NCBI GenBank assembly: GCA_965227405.1
Contig: OZ245758.1
Location: 3,124,338-3,188,337 of the forward strand
From: Polyangiales bacterium
GTDB taxonomy: Bacteria; Myxococcota_A; Polyangia; Polyangiales; Houyiibacteriaceae
DNA: 64,000 nt
Direction of reading: 5' to 3'
The translations under genes were made by a program, and so were the position numbers. Under the pieces are notes generated by a model. It saw nothing but the letters and a program-made list of their open reading frames with translations, did no database searches and was not told the DNA's origin. Shown one piece after another: positions 17,990-27,542 of the stretch. Every line of letters starts with the position of its first letter. Positions within the stretch are counted from its first letter, which is position 1.

Positions 17990-18705
17990 CGCCTACGCGG
18001 GCACCACGATCGCGCTGAATACCCTCATCCGTGTGCGGCTTGGGAAGACGCTTTCGCTCGCGTCCTTCCCTTTTGCTTCGTGGGCATGGGCAAAGGCAGG
18101 GGCAGGTTTACCAGGACGACCCAGGGAGTGAGCTGCTCTTACCTCGAGCAGCCTGCGTCTCGCCGATACGTCGTCCGCGTCCACCGACGTGCCCATGCCC
18201 ATGCCCATGCCCAGACTAAGGAGGACGATGGTTAGCGAAGAACCGGGGCCTATCCCCATTCTCCTCTTCCTTTTCCCGCGTTGCAGTTCGAATGACGCTC
18301 GGCTTCGGGGAAGTTCTGTTCGAAGCGTTGGACCTATCGCTATCTGCTTCTAGGGAAGAGGAATAGGAAGGGAAAGGTCCGTTTGTGCGGGACGCTCTGC
18401 GTCGCATGGCTTGGGAAGACGCGTTCGCTCGCGTCCTTACGTCGTCCGCGTCCACCGACGTGCCCGTGCCCGTGCCCATGCCCATGCCCACCAGACTAAG
18501 GAGGACGACGCCTAGCGAAGAACGGAGGCCCTGCACACCTATCCCATTCCTCTTCCTCTTCCTCTTCCTTTTCCCGCGTTGCAGTTCGAATGACGCTCGG
18601 CTTCGGGGAAGTTCTGTTCGAAGCGTTGGACCTATCGGAATGCGCCCACCAACTACTCAGTCACCACGATCGCGCGTGAGAACGCTGAATACGGTCGCCT
18701 ACGCG
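17990..18705. repeat. Complex non-coding direct repeat: two ~280-bp units (unit 1 carries a ~105-bp insertion) plus a partial third, with internal (CATGCC)n and (CCTCTT)n microsatellites and inverted CTCTTCC/GGAAGAG arms
   Basis: Unit core cgtcgtccgcgtccaccgacgtgcccatgcccatgcccatgccc...actaaggaggacga...ccttttcccgcgttgcagttcgaatgacgctcggcttcggggaagttctgttcgaagcgttggacctatcg is present at ~18166-18338 and ~18440-18638 with few mismatches. caccacgatcgcgc...gctgaatac occurs at both ends. Confidence 0.65.
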
Positions 18706-20031
18706 TAATAAAGGTCGCTGTGTAGACCCCAGGCTCGCCCGTCACTGCAATCGCTCCATCCGCTTCGAATGCGCGGTCGACCGAAACTTCCAGAAGGACT
18801 TCTTCCTCAATGGTGGGTGCAGGTCGTGCGGTCGGTCGTGGGTCGTCGCAGCCAAATGCACGAGTAATACGAAACGTGGCTGGTCCCGCTGCTTCGTCCA
18901 CACGAAGCCGAACACGAAGCCACGCCATCGTCGAGTCTTCGGCGCGCGAACCATCCGACGCGTACCCATCGATGGTCAGAAAGCTCTCGCCCTCACCGAT
19001 CGCGACGACTCCACTGCGCATGCCTTCGACGATGTCGGGCCACGTGTCGCCGGTTGCCCACACGTAGGTTCGCGGATAGCCGATCGCAGGATCGAAAAGT
19101 CGACCGGGTGCGGGCGTGTTGATGCGATGACAATCGCTGGCTCCGATCGGAGTCACGTTTCGTCCCGCCAACAAATCGCAGCGCCACGCATCGAATGCCA
19201 TCGCGTCGTCATCGCGAAAGCTCAGCGTGCCATTCCACACTTCCATCGCTTCGTAGCCCCAGTTCATGACTCCGCTGTCGGCCCAATCAAACGAGGTCCA
19301 CACGGCATCGGCATAAGGATGGTTGAGCACGGTGTAACAACCGCGCTCACGCGCCTGCATGAGCACGTTGCCTCCACTGATCGTTCCGCGTGGACGATCG
19401 ATGAACGGACTGTCGCGATCGAAGGTGTCCAGATCGATGGGAAGACAGCCGATGTGTCCGGTTGGATCGGTCGGAATCTCGCCTTCCATCACTGGACTGA
19501 TCTCGTTGCCGTCGATCATCAGAAAGCGACCGGGCTCCGTAAGCGCTGCAGCCGTGTCCCAGTACGGAAACTCCGGTCCCATGTTGAAGAGATCCGGATC
19601 TTCGTCAGTGGTGGTCACGTCACTGCCGGTGGAGTTGCTGTGGTCGGTCAGCACGACGAAGTACAGGCCCTCCTCCAGCGCACGCGTTTTGATGTCTTCG
19701 GGGAAACTGTCCCCACCGGTGTCGTTGCTCGCGCCTGTCGCATGCACGTGAACATCGCCGGCGTACCAGGCTCCTGCAGGGTCGTCTTCGAACGCGAGTT
19801 CGTCGGATGGAGTCAGGCCAAGGTCAGGTGGACCCGCGTCGGACTCTGCGTCTCCGCTGTCGGAGCTGCTGTCAGACCCAGCATCGGAACCGCTGTCGGA
19901 GGCTCCGCTATCCGCTTCGTCGTCGTCGCCTCCGCATGCCACACACGCGACAAGCGCGACGCTAATCCATGCGTACTTCGCCTCACGGCTACTCACAAAC
20001 AAACGAAAGGATGTCGCTGCACGAGACATCG
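18653..20031 (-). CDS. Secreted lipoprotein with PHP-like metal-dependent phosphoesterase domain
   Basis: Internal start MSRAATSFRLFVSSREAKYAWISVALVACVACGG (lipobox). GDVHVHATGASND...VVLTDHSNS His-rich PHP-like motifs. Start is uncertain (ORF extends to 20293). Confidence 0.45.
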
Positions 20032-21320
20032 TTCCACTCTCCGTTGGGCCGAAGCGAACCGCAATCTTCGTTGCCGGAGTTGTTGGGTTCGTCGTTGGCC
20101 CAGTTGCAGTCTCCGGAGACGCAGTCACATGGACCAAAACCCGAGCAGTCCGTGAACTGGGTTCCATTGACCCAGAACCATTCTTCTTCGTCGGCTCGAT
20201 CGCTGGCGCCGATCCACCACGTGAAGTCGGTGCGGATAGCGCGAAGACCTTCGATGACCGCGTCGTTTTCGGCATCGCTGTCGAGAACAGCAAGGTCCAT
20301 CATGAACGTGTTGCACGTGACGCGTGCACTATCCCAGTCGCGGGGAATCTCGGGACACGCGATGTAGCGCCCCACCGGAAGCTCCAGGGGTTCGCACGCA
20401 CAGCCTTCGTCGATCGCCGTGTCGCAATCGTTGTCATCGCCGTCGCACAGTTCGCTCGGCATGCGCGGCTGGCAGAAAAAGCAGTCGTCGTCGCAGTCCA
20501 TGGAGTCGGTGATCGTCCCGGGCGGCTGTTCGCATGCTTGAACTTCGGTGCCCGGATCGCCAAACCCATCGCCGTCGAGGTCCTGGTAGTAAAACCCGCC
20601 TGCGTCCTCGTCGGTGTTGCTATCGCAGTCATCGTCGACGCTGTTGCACGACTCTTCGATCCCAGGGCGTCGTGTGTCGGTGGTGTCGTCGCAGTCCATC
20701 GAGTTGGAAACAAAGCCGTCGGGAAGCGCACAGGCTTCGATCATCATCGAGGGTGTACCGAATCCATCGCCGTCCGCATCGCGGAAGTAGATGGTGCGCA
20801 CCATCTCGTCGGTCATCCCGTCGCAGTCGTCGTCCAGGTCGTTGCAGGTCTCACCGGTCGGCGTGACGGCACCCATGCACGGGCTCCACGTCTCACCGTC
20901 ACAGGTTTGAGTTCCAAACTCGCACGCGCCGACATCCGTGTCGCCACACGCACGCGGTCCACCCGAACACGCGCACTCTTCGTCGACGGCTCCGTCACAG
21001 TCTTCATCCAGTGCGGCGGTACAGTCTTCGTCGCCGGGCAAAATCGAACACGGGCTCCACGCACCGCCGCTGCAGGTTTCGACACCGTCCATGCACACGC
21101 CAGACAGACCACACGAACGGGTCGTCAACATCTCGTCGATCGATCCGTCGCAGTCGTCATCGACACCGTTGCAGTCCTCGGCGCTTGCTACGCACGCATC
21201 AAACCCGCTGTCATCGACGCCACCATCACCCACGCCTCCATCGTTGCTCGTCAGTGCACCGCGTGGCACTCCGCAGGACAGGCAAAGCACGCACGTCACG
21301 AGGACACGAGTCACGGAATC
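19989..21320 (-). CDS. Secreted Cys/Asp-rich lipoprotein with MopE-like putative metal-binding repeats and a C-terminal C-type lectin-like domain (paralog 1)
   Basis: Likely GTG start at 21320 (VTRVLVTCVLCLSCGVPRG). Repeats DADGDGFG / CDDxDxxxxPG. C-terminus WNDVSCSDILSFVCE matches the C-type lectin WxDxxC...FVCE signature. Confidence 0.6.
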   Translation of the reverse strand, partial: DSVTRVLVTCVLCLSCGVPRGALTSNDGGVGDGGVDDSGFDACVASAEDCNGVDDDCDGSIDEMLTTRSCGLSGVCMDGVETCSGGAWSPCSILPGDEDCTAALDEDCDGAVDEECACSGGPRACGDTDVGACEFGTQTCDGETWSPCMGAVTPTGETCNDLDDDCDGMTDEMVRTIYFRDADGDGFGTPSMMIEACALPDGFVSNSMDCDDTTDTRRPGIEESCNSVDDDCDSNTDEDAGGFYYQDLDGDGFGDPGTEVQACEQPPGTITDSMDCDDDCFFCQPRMPSELCDGDDNDCDTAIDEGCACEPLELPVGRYIACPEIPRDWDSARVTCNTFMMDLAVLDSDAENDAVIEGLRAIRTDFTWWIGASDRADEEEWFWVNGTQFTDCSGFGPCDCVSGDCNWANDEPNNSGNEDCGSLRPNGEWNDVSCSDILSFVCE

Positions 21321-22663
21321 TCGCAGACGAAAGCCAGGTTGGTGCCGCAGTTGATGTCCGCCCACTGACCCCCGATATCCGCGCGGAATCTTGCGCAGTC
21401 GTTGGCAAATGCCGAGTCGGGTTCCCCTGCGAGCCAGTTGCAGTAGCTCACGCAGGTGCATCCAAAGCCGGTGCAGCTTGTCGCCAGAGCCGACCCGTCG
21501 GCCCAGAACCAGTTGTTGCCCGAACCTTCGACGCCGCCTGCCCAGAAATCGCGATCGTAGGGATCAAGCAACGCCCACACTTCCGCGTTCTCGGTCGCAT
21601 CGTCGATCTTGACCATGTCCCAACCTGCCAAGCGACACGCCGTGACCGCGTCGTTGTAGTTGTCGACGGCAAAGTCGCAGATGGCGTAGTCACCGTTGGT
21701 GGGCGTCGACTCGATGAAGCAGTCGATGCAGCCCTCGTCCACCGTGGTGTTGCAGTTGTTGTCGAGTCCGTCGCACAGCTCGATCGGAAAACCCGGTCGG
21801 CATTCGGGACAGCTGTCGTCGCAGTCGTCGGGGTTGTCGACGAGACCTGGACCCCCACAGCCCGCCATCAGCATCGTTCCGTCACCGAACCCGTCGCCGT
21901 CCGCGTCGACCCAGAAATCGCGCGTCAGCCCTTCGTCCGGCACGCCGTTGCAGTTGTTGTCGAGCCCATCGCACACCTCGGTGCCGAGTGGATTGCAATC
22001 GAAACACGCGTCGTTGCAGTCCTCGTCGTTGAGCACACGGCCCATCGCAGGATCACAGTCCGTCATGGGGGCGCCTGCGCCAAAGCCGTCCGTGTCTGCG
22101 TCGGTGTACCAAGTGTTCGGCGTGGACCCGCCTTCGCACGCGCCCATCAATCCCGCGGGTGTGCAGGTGGACGTTCCGTCTCCGCACGGACCACACGATG
22201 TCGTGGCGCCGGGTTCGCATTCGCAGTTCTCGTCGATCATCCCGTCGCAGTCATCGTCGTCGCCGTTGATGCAGACTTCGGCTGCGCTTGGATCGTCGAC
22301 GTTGGTGCAATCGGCTTCGAACACGCCACCGACGCACGCTTGTCCGCATGCGGTGCCAACCCCGCACGAGCGAACCAAGTCATCTTCATCGACAGTCCCA
22401 TCACAATCACTGTCGACGCCGTCACAGAGGTCGTCGCCTGGCATGCACGCGTCGGTGCCTCCATCAAACGCGTCAACGCCGACATCGGCCGGTCCTGCGT
22501 CTTCGCCCGCGTCGACCCTTGCATCATTGCCTGAGTCGCGCGCATCGACCTCAGCATCGACCGTGACGTCAGGTGTCGCGTCCGCCACACCTGCGTCGGC
22601 GCCATCCAGCCCACCGCGCGGAACCCCGCAACCCAACAAAGCTAAACACACTACCCAACGCAC
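21311..22663 (-). CDS. Secreted Cys/Asp-rich lipoprotein with MopE-like repeats and a C-terminal C-type lectin-like domain (paralog 2)
   Basis: MRWVVCLALLGCGVPRG lipobox. DADTDGFG, DADGDGFGD, CDGLDNNC repeats. C-terminus WADINCGTNLAFVCE. Confidence 0.7.
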   Translation of the reverse strand: MRWVVCLALLGCGVPRGGLDGADAGVADATPDVTVDAEVDARDSGNDARVDAGEDAGPADVGVDAFDGGTDACMPGDDLCDGVDSDCDGTVDEDDLVRSCGVGTACGQACVGGVFEADCTNVDDPSAAEVCINGDDDDCDGMIDENCECEPGATTSCGPCGDGTSTCTPAGLMGACEGGSTPNTWYTDADTDGFGAGAPMTDCDPAMGRVLNDEDCNDACFDCNPLGTEVCDGLDNNCNGVPDEGLTRDFWVDADGDGFGDGTMLMAGCGGPGLVDNPDDCDDSCPECRPGFPIELCDGLDNNCNTTVDEGCIDCFIESTPTNGDYAICDFAVDNYNDAVTACRLAGWDMVKIDDATENAEVWALLDPYDRDFWAGGVEGSGNNWFWADGSALATSCTGFGCTCVSYCNWLAGEPDSAFANDCARFRADIGGQWADINCGTNLAFVCEIP

Positions 22664-22698
22664 AGAGGCTCAAGGTTAGCGCTCAAAGCAGGGGAACT

Positions 22699-23397
22699 CT
22701 ACTCGAGCACGCGTCTGGCGCGGTCGGCGTAAATTCCCGTCGGATGCGCTCGCAAAAACGCACGTGCACGACGTTGTGCAGCCGCTTCACGCCCCATTCG
22801 GACCAATGCTTGAATCGCCAGTAGCTCGCGTTCGGCCCGCAACTGACCACGTGGATGGTCGCGCGCGTGGCGTCGCGTCACCCGAAGCGCAGCGCGTGGG
22901 TCGCGTTCTAGCTGCGCACGTGCGTCTTCAAGGAGTGCCGCTTCCGCTTGGAGCGATTCCAGCGTGGCGGGTTCTGCGCTGCGACGGGTCGTCGGTTGCA
23001 TCACCGGCTCCTCGGCGACCACCGCCACTTCCCTCGGCTCGGGGACAGCTTCGCGCACGGTGGGGACCGCCGGTGTCGAAACAGGGGGCGGCGGCAATTC
23101 GGCGGTTGGTGCTTCGGTTGCTACCTCGGGCGTGTCTGACTGGACCATGTAGGTGCCCGCGACAGCAGCGATGGAGAGTCCGCCTGCAAGAAGCCAGAGT
23201 TTGACGCCCGTGGCGGTTGTCGCGCTGGCCACAGCCGTTGTGCTTGCTGCGGCAACACCGCCGGTGGCAACCGCGCCTGCAAGCGCTGCAGCTTTGGTTT
23301 TGGCGTCGAGTTTGGGCGGCGTCACGTGCTCGGTGAAGAGTTCGCGGAGCTCCGCCGGGACATTCGGATCGTCGCTCATGCGGATGGGATCGGTCAT
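22699..23397 (-). CDS. Anti-sigma factor-like membrane protein (cytoplasmic N-terminus, one TM, Pro-rich linker, C-terminal helical/TPR-like domain)
   Basis: Start MTDPIRMSDDPNV overlaps the sigma stop (ATGA). TM segment LWLLAGGLSIAAVAG. Position directly downstream of the ECF sigma. Confidence 0.55.
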   Translation of the reverse strand: MTDPIRMSDDPNVPAELRELFTEHVTPPKLDAKTKAAALAGAVATGGVAAASTTAVASATTATGVKLWLLAGGLSIAAVAGTYMVQSDTPEVATEAPTAELPPPPVSTPAVPTVREAVPEPREVAVVAEEPVMQPTTRRSAEPATLESLQAEAALLEDARAQLERDPRAALRVTRRHARDHPRGQLRAERELLAIQALVRMGREAAAQRRARAFLRAHPTGIYADRARRVLE

Positions 23398-23978
23398 GCG
23401 GCACCTCGTTGAAGCTGAGCGCGCTTTCGGTTCCACACGCGCTTGAGTTCCGCGCGGGCGTGATGCAGACGCGAGTAGACGGTGCCGACCGGAACTCCGA
23501 TCTGTTCCGCGATCTCGGCGCAAGAAAGTTCTTCAAGTTCAAACATGACCAGCACAGCGCGACGGTCGACATCCAACTCATCGAGCAACGCATGCAAGAG
23601 TTCGGCACGGTTCCGCGCGATCGCAGCGGCTTCGGGCGTGTCGTGATGCCCATCGTCTTGCGGTTGTTCGGTCGGCTTCTCGCGGCGGACATGCGCACGA
23701 CGTCGGTAGTTGGATGCGACGCGTTTGCAGATCCCGAACAACCACGTGGTGAGTTTGGACGAGCCATCGAACGAATCGAGTCGTCGGTGCACCACCACAA
23801 AGACCTCCTGCAGCATGTCTGGGAGGTCCGCTTCGGGGACACCCATGCGATGCAGATTCCGCCACACGCGTTCGGCGTGTTCGTCATGAATCTGTTCCAG
23901 CTGCAGCACGTTGGGTGAATGTCGAAAGGTTGCGTGACGCTTCAAAGAAACATCGAGGCCTTTGGGATTATTGATCAA
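23394..23978 (-). CDS. ECF-family RNA polymerase sigma-70 factor
   Basis: Region 2 LQEVFVVVHRRLDSFDGSSKLTTWLFGICKRVASNYRR. Region 4 HTH LEELSCAEIAEQIGVPVGTVYSRLHHARAELK. Confidence 0.8.
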   Translation of the reverse strand: MINNPKGLDVSLKRHATFRHSPNVLQLEQIHDEHAERVWRNLHRMGVPEADLPDMLQEVFVVVHRRLDSFDGSSKLTTWLFGICKRVASNYRRRAHVRREKPTEQPQDDGHHDTPEAAAIARNRAELLHALLDELDVDRRAVLVMFELEELSCAEIAEQIGVPVGTVYSRLHHARAELKRVWNRKRAQLQRGAA

Positions 23979-24986
23979 TCAGAGCGTGACGCCGAACTCG
24001 AGTGCCAAGAGCGGTGCTGCGCGCGCGGGTGAGAACACCGGCGAAGGTTGGCCTTCGACGTTGAGATCGTGGTCGATCAAAGGCAACGACACACCCGCGT
24101 AGAGCGCGAGGTGAACGGGTCCTGCCAACACGATGGCAGGGCGGACGCCAAGCGTGGCGCCGAGGTAGACCCGGTCGCCAGGATCGCGCGGAACGGGGTC
24201 GTACACCACGACGTGAAGCGCGCCCACATCCAGTGCGGCACAACCCTGGACGTCGACACGTCCCCACGATGAGCCGACGCAGAGACCGATCGATGCAGAT
24301 GTGAGTCCGACTCCGAGTTTGGCGCCGTTGTGTCGAATGTGCTGTTCCGGCCAGAAGCGTGCGTCGACCACCCAACGAAGAAGCGCGGTGATCGCGCCGT
24401 CGACGCGGAGGCGGAACCCGTAGCCGCTATTGGGGACGAGGTTGTAGGCGTACGTTGCGCCGATGGAGAGGCGCGGGGATCGAAATTCTGTTTGGCGCGT
24501 CTCAGTCGGAGTTTCGGTCTCAGTCGTGTTCGCTTCAGTCCCAGTCTCCGCTTCAGTCTCAGTTTCAGCGTTAGCGTCAGCGTGAGTCTCAGCGTCGGGT
24601 TCGGTTTCCGCGTTGTTCGCGAGCGCGGCTTCGGGATCGATCGCCAACGCCACCGCCAACGTGATCGCCTCGGCCAAACCTGTGCACTCCTCTGCTTCGC
24701 TGCTGAGTTCGCGCTCTCCCACCAACGCGCCTGTCGCATCGCGTTTGAAGAGCCGCACCGTCCAGACACCGTTTTGGTGTTCGACCGTTCCTTCCAGGAA
24801 CACGTTCGCGGGTGACGTGAACGGGTCGTAGCCCAAGCGAGATCGTACGTCTTGCCGGAGTGTCGTCGCACTCGGACAACTCGCGGCGTCCGAACCGCGC
24901 ACCCAGGAGAGGTCGACGCCTCCCGATTGTGCCGAAGCCGACGAACAAACAAGTAAGAAAGCCACGGCCCAGCCGCGCATACTCAA
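23979..24986 (-). CDS. Secreted protein with signal peptide, Thr/Glu-rich linker and beta-barrel-like C-terminal domain. First gene of the ECF sigma operon
   Basis: MSMRGWAVAFLLVCSSASAQS signal. (ETxA)n tract. Gly/aromatic alternating C-terminus. Stop abuts the sigma start. Confidence 0.55.
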   Translation of the reverse strand: MSMRGWAVAFLLVCSSASAQSGGVDLSWVRGSDAASCPSATTLRQDVRSRLGYDPFTSPANVFLEGTVEHQNGVWTVRLFKRDATGALVGERELSSEAEECTGLAEAITLAVALAIDPEAALANNAETEPDAETHADANAETETEAETGTEANTTETETPTETRQTEFRSPRLSIGATYAYNLVPNSGYGFRLRVDGAITALLRWVVDARFWPEQHIRHNGAKLGVGLTSASIGLCVGSSWGRVDVQGCAALDVGALHVVVYDPVPRDPGDRVYLGATLGVRPAIVLAGPVHLALYAGVSLPLIDHDLNVEGQPSPVFSPARAAPLLALEFGVTL

Positions 24987-25107
24987 AGCGTATCAAACGT
25001 CGGATTCCCGGTCGTGCGAACCCGCGGCTGAGCGACCTTTCCTCTTCCTGTTCCTCTGAGCGATCTTTTTCGTGAAGGGATCGTGCGTGCATTGCGATTC
25101 ACCCTGC

Positions 25108-26775
25108 ATGGAGGTGGGTGTGAAACTTAGCTTGCGGACCTTTTTGCTTTGTTTATGCGCGGCGTGCTCTTGCGACTCGACAGTCGCAGGCCCAGCCGAT
25201 GGCGGTGACGAGGACGGCGGTATGGATGCTCCGGACTTTGATTCAGCCGTGGATGCCAACGGTGAGGACGCGGGTGACGACGCAAACACACCGGACGGAG
25301 GGATGGACGACGCCGGTCCGATGATGGACGCGATGATGTGCAACGACGTCGACGGCGATGGGGTGACGGACTGCGACGGGGATTGCGACGACGACGATCC
25401 GCTGACCTATCCGGGCGCCCCCGAAGTCTGTGGCGATGGTGTCGACAACGCGTGCGGATCCGATCCCGACCCCGCTTCGCTCTGCAGCGGCGTGGGCACG
25501 CACGTATCGCCTGCTGGCGATGACAGCACAGGAGACGGAACGCGCGAAAACCCAGTCCGCACGATCACGCAGGGCATTGCCAACGCAGTCAGCATTGGCG
25601 GCTCCACAACGGTCGTGGTGGCTGGAGGCGACTACAACGAGACCGTGACGGTTGTGGAAGGCGTGTCGATCACCGGTGGATTCGACTGCCCCTCGTTGCC
25701 GTGCTCGTGGAACCACGATCCGAGCTCGCATACCTCGACCGTGGATGGAGGCGGTACCGCCAACGCGGTCGAGATCGATGACACGATCACGCGTGCAACG
25801 ACGATCTCGCACTTGAGCCTTCGTTCGGGACGCGATGGTGTGTCAGTTCGTGGAGGCGCACCGACGCTTCGCACGCTGAACATCGACGCGCGTACCGGCA
25901 TGAGCGCCTTTGGCGCAGGTACCGATCCCTTACTGGAGAACAGCACCGTGTTGGGCATGAACGCGGGCGTCACGATCGAAGGAAGCGGAGAGATTCGATC
26001 TTCGGATATCGAAGGCTCGCCTGGACTCACGGTGCGTGGTTCGGTGTTGGTCGAAGACAACGTGATTCACGCGGCCGGGGATAGCGGCATGACGATCTGG
26101 GAGGGCAACCCGCAGATCTTGGCCAACGTCATCAACGAAGACGGCACACGTGTGGGCACGTGCGGCTTTGGCTTTTGCGCGGGCATCGCAATCTGGGGTG
26201 GTAGTCCCTACATCGCCAACAACGTCGTGTACGGCATGGGCGGCGACCGCTCGGCATCGATCGCCATCGTCCACGGCGAACTGGTCGTGGAGCGACCCAT
26301 CATCAACAGCAACACGTTGTACGCATCACGGACGGCGGGGAGTGGATCGGCGATCAGTGCTGGCGTGACGTGCGAAAGCTTCTTCGGCATCGCGATGTTC
26401 GGAGAGATTCGAAACAACATCGTGATCGGTGCATCCGCAGGCCAGTCGTTCGGGTTCTACGAAGAAGACAACGATCCGAGCACGACGTGTCGACCGGTCA
26501 TGATTGAAACCAACCTGTTTTCGGGAATCGATCATGTCGCTCGCTTCTTCAACGGTGGCGATCAGTTCTTCACCGCGGTGGCCGACGCAGATGCCGAAGC
26601 GTGGGCGACTAGCAACCAAGCCGGTGATCCGATGTTGGATGCGAACCATCGCCTGATGGCAGGCTCGCCTGCGATCGACATGGGCGTTGCGACAGACGCA
26701 CCCAGTGTGGACCGTGACGGTGATGCGCGCCCCGCAGGTGGGGGGTACGACATCGGAGCCGACGAACGTCCGTGA
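25108..26775 (+). CDS. Secreted right-handed parallel beta-helix (pectate-lyase-fold) protein with N-terminal MopE-like metal-binding motif
   Basis: MEVGVKLSLRTFLLCLCAACSC signal. CNDVDGDGVTDCDGDCDDDDPLTYPGAPEVCGDGVDNAC. Repeated ...VEGVSITGG.../...NSTVLGMNAGVTIEGSG... beta-helix turns. Confidence 0.6.
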   Translation: MEVGVKLSLRTFLLCLCAACSCDSTVAGPADGGDEDGGMDAPDFDSAVDANGEDAGDDANTPDGGMDDAGPMMDAMMCNDVDGDGVTDCDGDCDDDDPLTYPGAPEVCGDGVDNACGSDPDPASLCSGVGTHVSPAGDDSTGDGTRENPVRTITQGIANAVSIGGSTTVVVAGGDYNETVTVVEGVSITGGFDCPSLPCSWNHDPSSHTSTVDGGGTANAVEIDDTITRATTISHLSLRSGRDGVSVRGGAPTLRTLNIDARTGMSAFGAGTDPLLENSTVLGMNAGVTIEGSGEIRSSDIEGSPGLTVRGSVLVEDNVIHAAGDSGMTIWEGNPQILANVINEDGTRVGTCGFGFCAGIAIWGGSPYIANNVVYGMGGDRSASIAIVHGELVVERPIINSNTLYASRTAGSGSAISAGVTCESFFGIAMFGEIRNNIVIGASAGQSFGFYEEDNDPSTTCRPVMIETNLFSGIDHVARFFNGGDQFFTAVADADAEAWATSNQAGDPMLDANHRLMAGSPAIDMGVATDAPSVDRDGDARPAGGGYDIGADERP

Positions 26776-26787
26776 TAGAATTGCCGC

Positions 26788-27363
26788 ATGCGAGCAGTAC
26801 CGTGGATGTTGTTGGCGTTGGTGTTGGCGTGTGGTGATGACGACAGCGCGCCGGGTTCAGACAGTGGAACCCGGCGCGACTCGAGCTCCGGCGTGGACGC
26901 GATGTTGCCGAGTAGTTGTGACGACGGCCCTTTGGCGCTGCCCATTGAAGGCTGCAGTCCGACGCCACCACCATCCACAGGTGACCCTGCACAGGATTGC
27001 GTGAACCGCATCAACCAGTTGCGTGCCGAGTGTCAGTGCCTACCGCCACTCGGCCGTTGGACCGAGGGCGAGAGCTGCGCCGAAGAACACGCGGAATACG
27101 ACAGCACGCGTAGTCCGCACGACGGCTTCCGCGACGGCATCTGCGAGAACGGTGGGTTTGGTCAGAACGAATGTCCGGGATGGGGTTCGATCGACCAAAC
27201 GATTTCAGGATGTTTGCAAGCGATGTGGGACGAAGGTCCGGGCGAGGATTTTCAGATGCATGGGCACTACCTGAACATGACCAACTCGCGTTTTAGCGAG
27301 GTTGCGTGTGGTTTCTACACAACGTCCGATGGGCGTGTGTGGGCGGTGCACAACTTCCGCTGA
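26788..27363 (+). CDS. Lipoprotein with CAP/SCP (PR-1-like) domain
   Basis: MRAVPWMLLALVLACGDDD lipobox. VNRINQLRAEC...GHYLNMTNSRFSEVACGFY resembles CAP-domain motifs. Confidence 0.5.
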   Translation: MRAVPWMLLALVLACGDDDSAPGSDSGTRRDSSSGVDAMLPSSCDDGPLALPIEGCSPTPPPSTGDPAQDCVNRINQLRAECQCLPPLGRWTEGESCAEEHAEYDSTRSPHDGFRDGICENGGFGQNECPGWGSIDQTISGCLQAMWDEGPGEDFQMHGHYLNMTNSRFSEVACGFYTTSDGRVWAVHNFR

Positions 27364-27394
27364 TTCTCGACCGCTTCGAAGCTGTTCCGGGTGG

Positions 27395-27525
27395 GCGGCA
27401 TTCCGCTTCGCGGATCTGGAAGCATGGAAGTTCGGGAGTACGGAAGCTCAACGCATGGGCCCAAAAAAAAATCTGTTTCGCTTCCAGGCTTCCCCCCTTT
27501 CGATCTTCCAGGATAAAAAATGAAT
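27395..27525. repeat. Degenerate copy 2 of the palindromic GGAAGG-type MITE/REP-like element
   Basis: ctggaagcatggaagttcgggagtacggaagc...cccaaaaaaaaa...gcttccaggcttcccc...cttccaggataaaaaatg. Shares the CTGGAAG/CTTCCAG arms and A-run with copies at 4790 and 35148. Lies between convergent genes. Confidence 0.45.
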
Positions 27526-27542
27526 CGCCCACCAAACCAGAG

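Noticed and set aside
17990-18705. Considered a CRISPR array
   Set aside because: Repeat units are ~280 bp and not 25-40 bp. There are no unique spacer-sized intervals and no cas genes in the window.
17993-18708. ORFs 17993..18259(-), 18216..18536(-), 18385..18708(+) inside the direct-repeat region (GMGMGMG, PIPFLFLFLF peptides)
   Set aside because: Their apparent protein-level conservation is only the DNA repeat read in the same frame. One frame loses its ATG in the second unit. No codon-usage signal.
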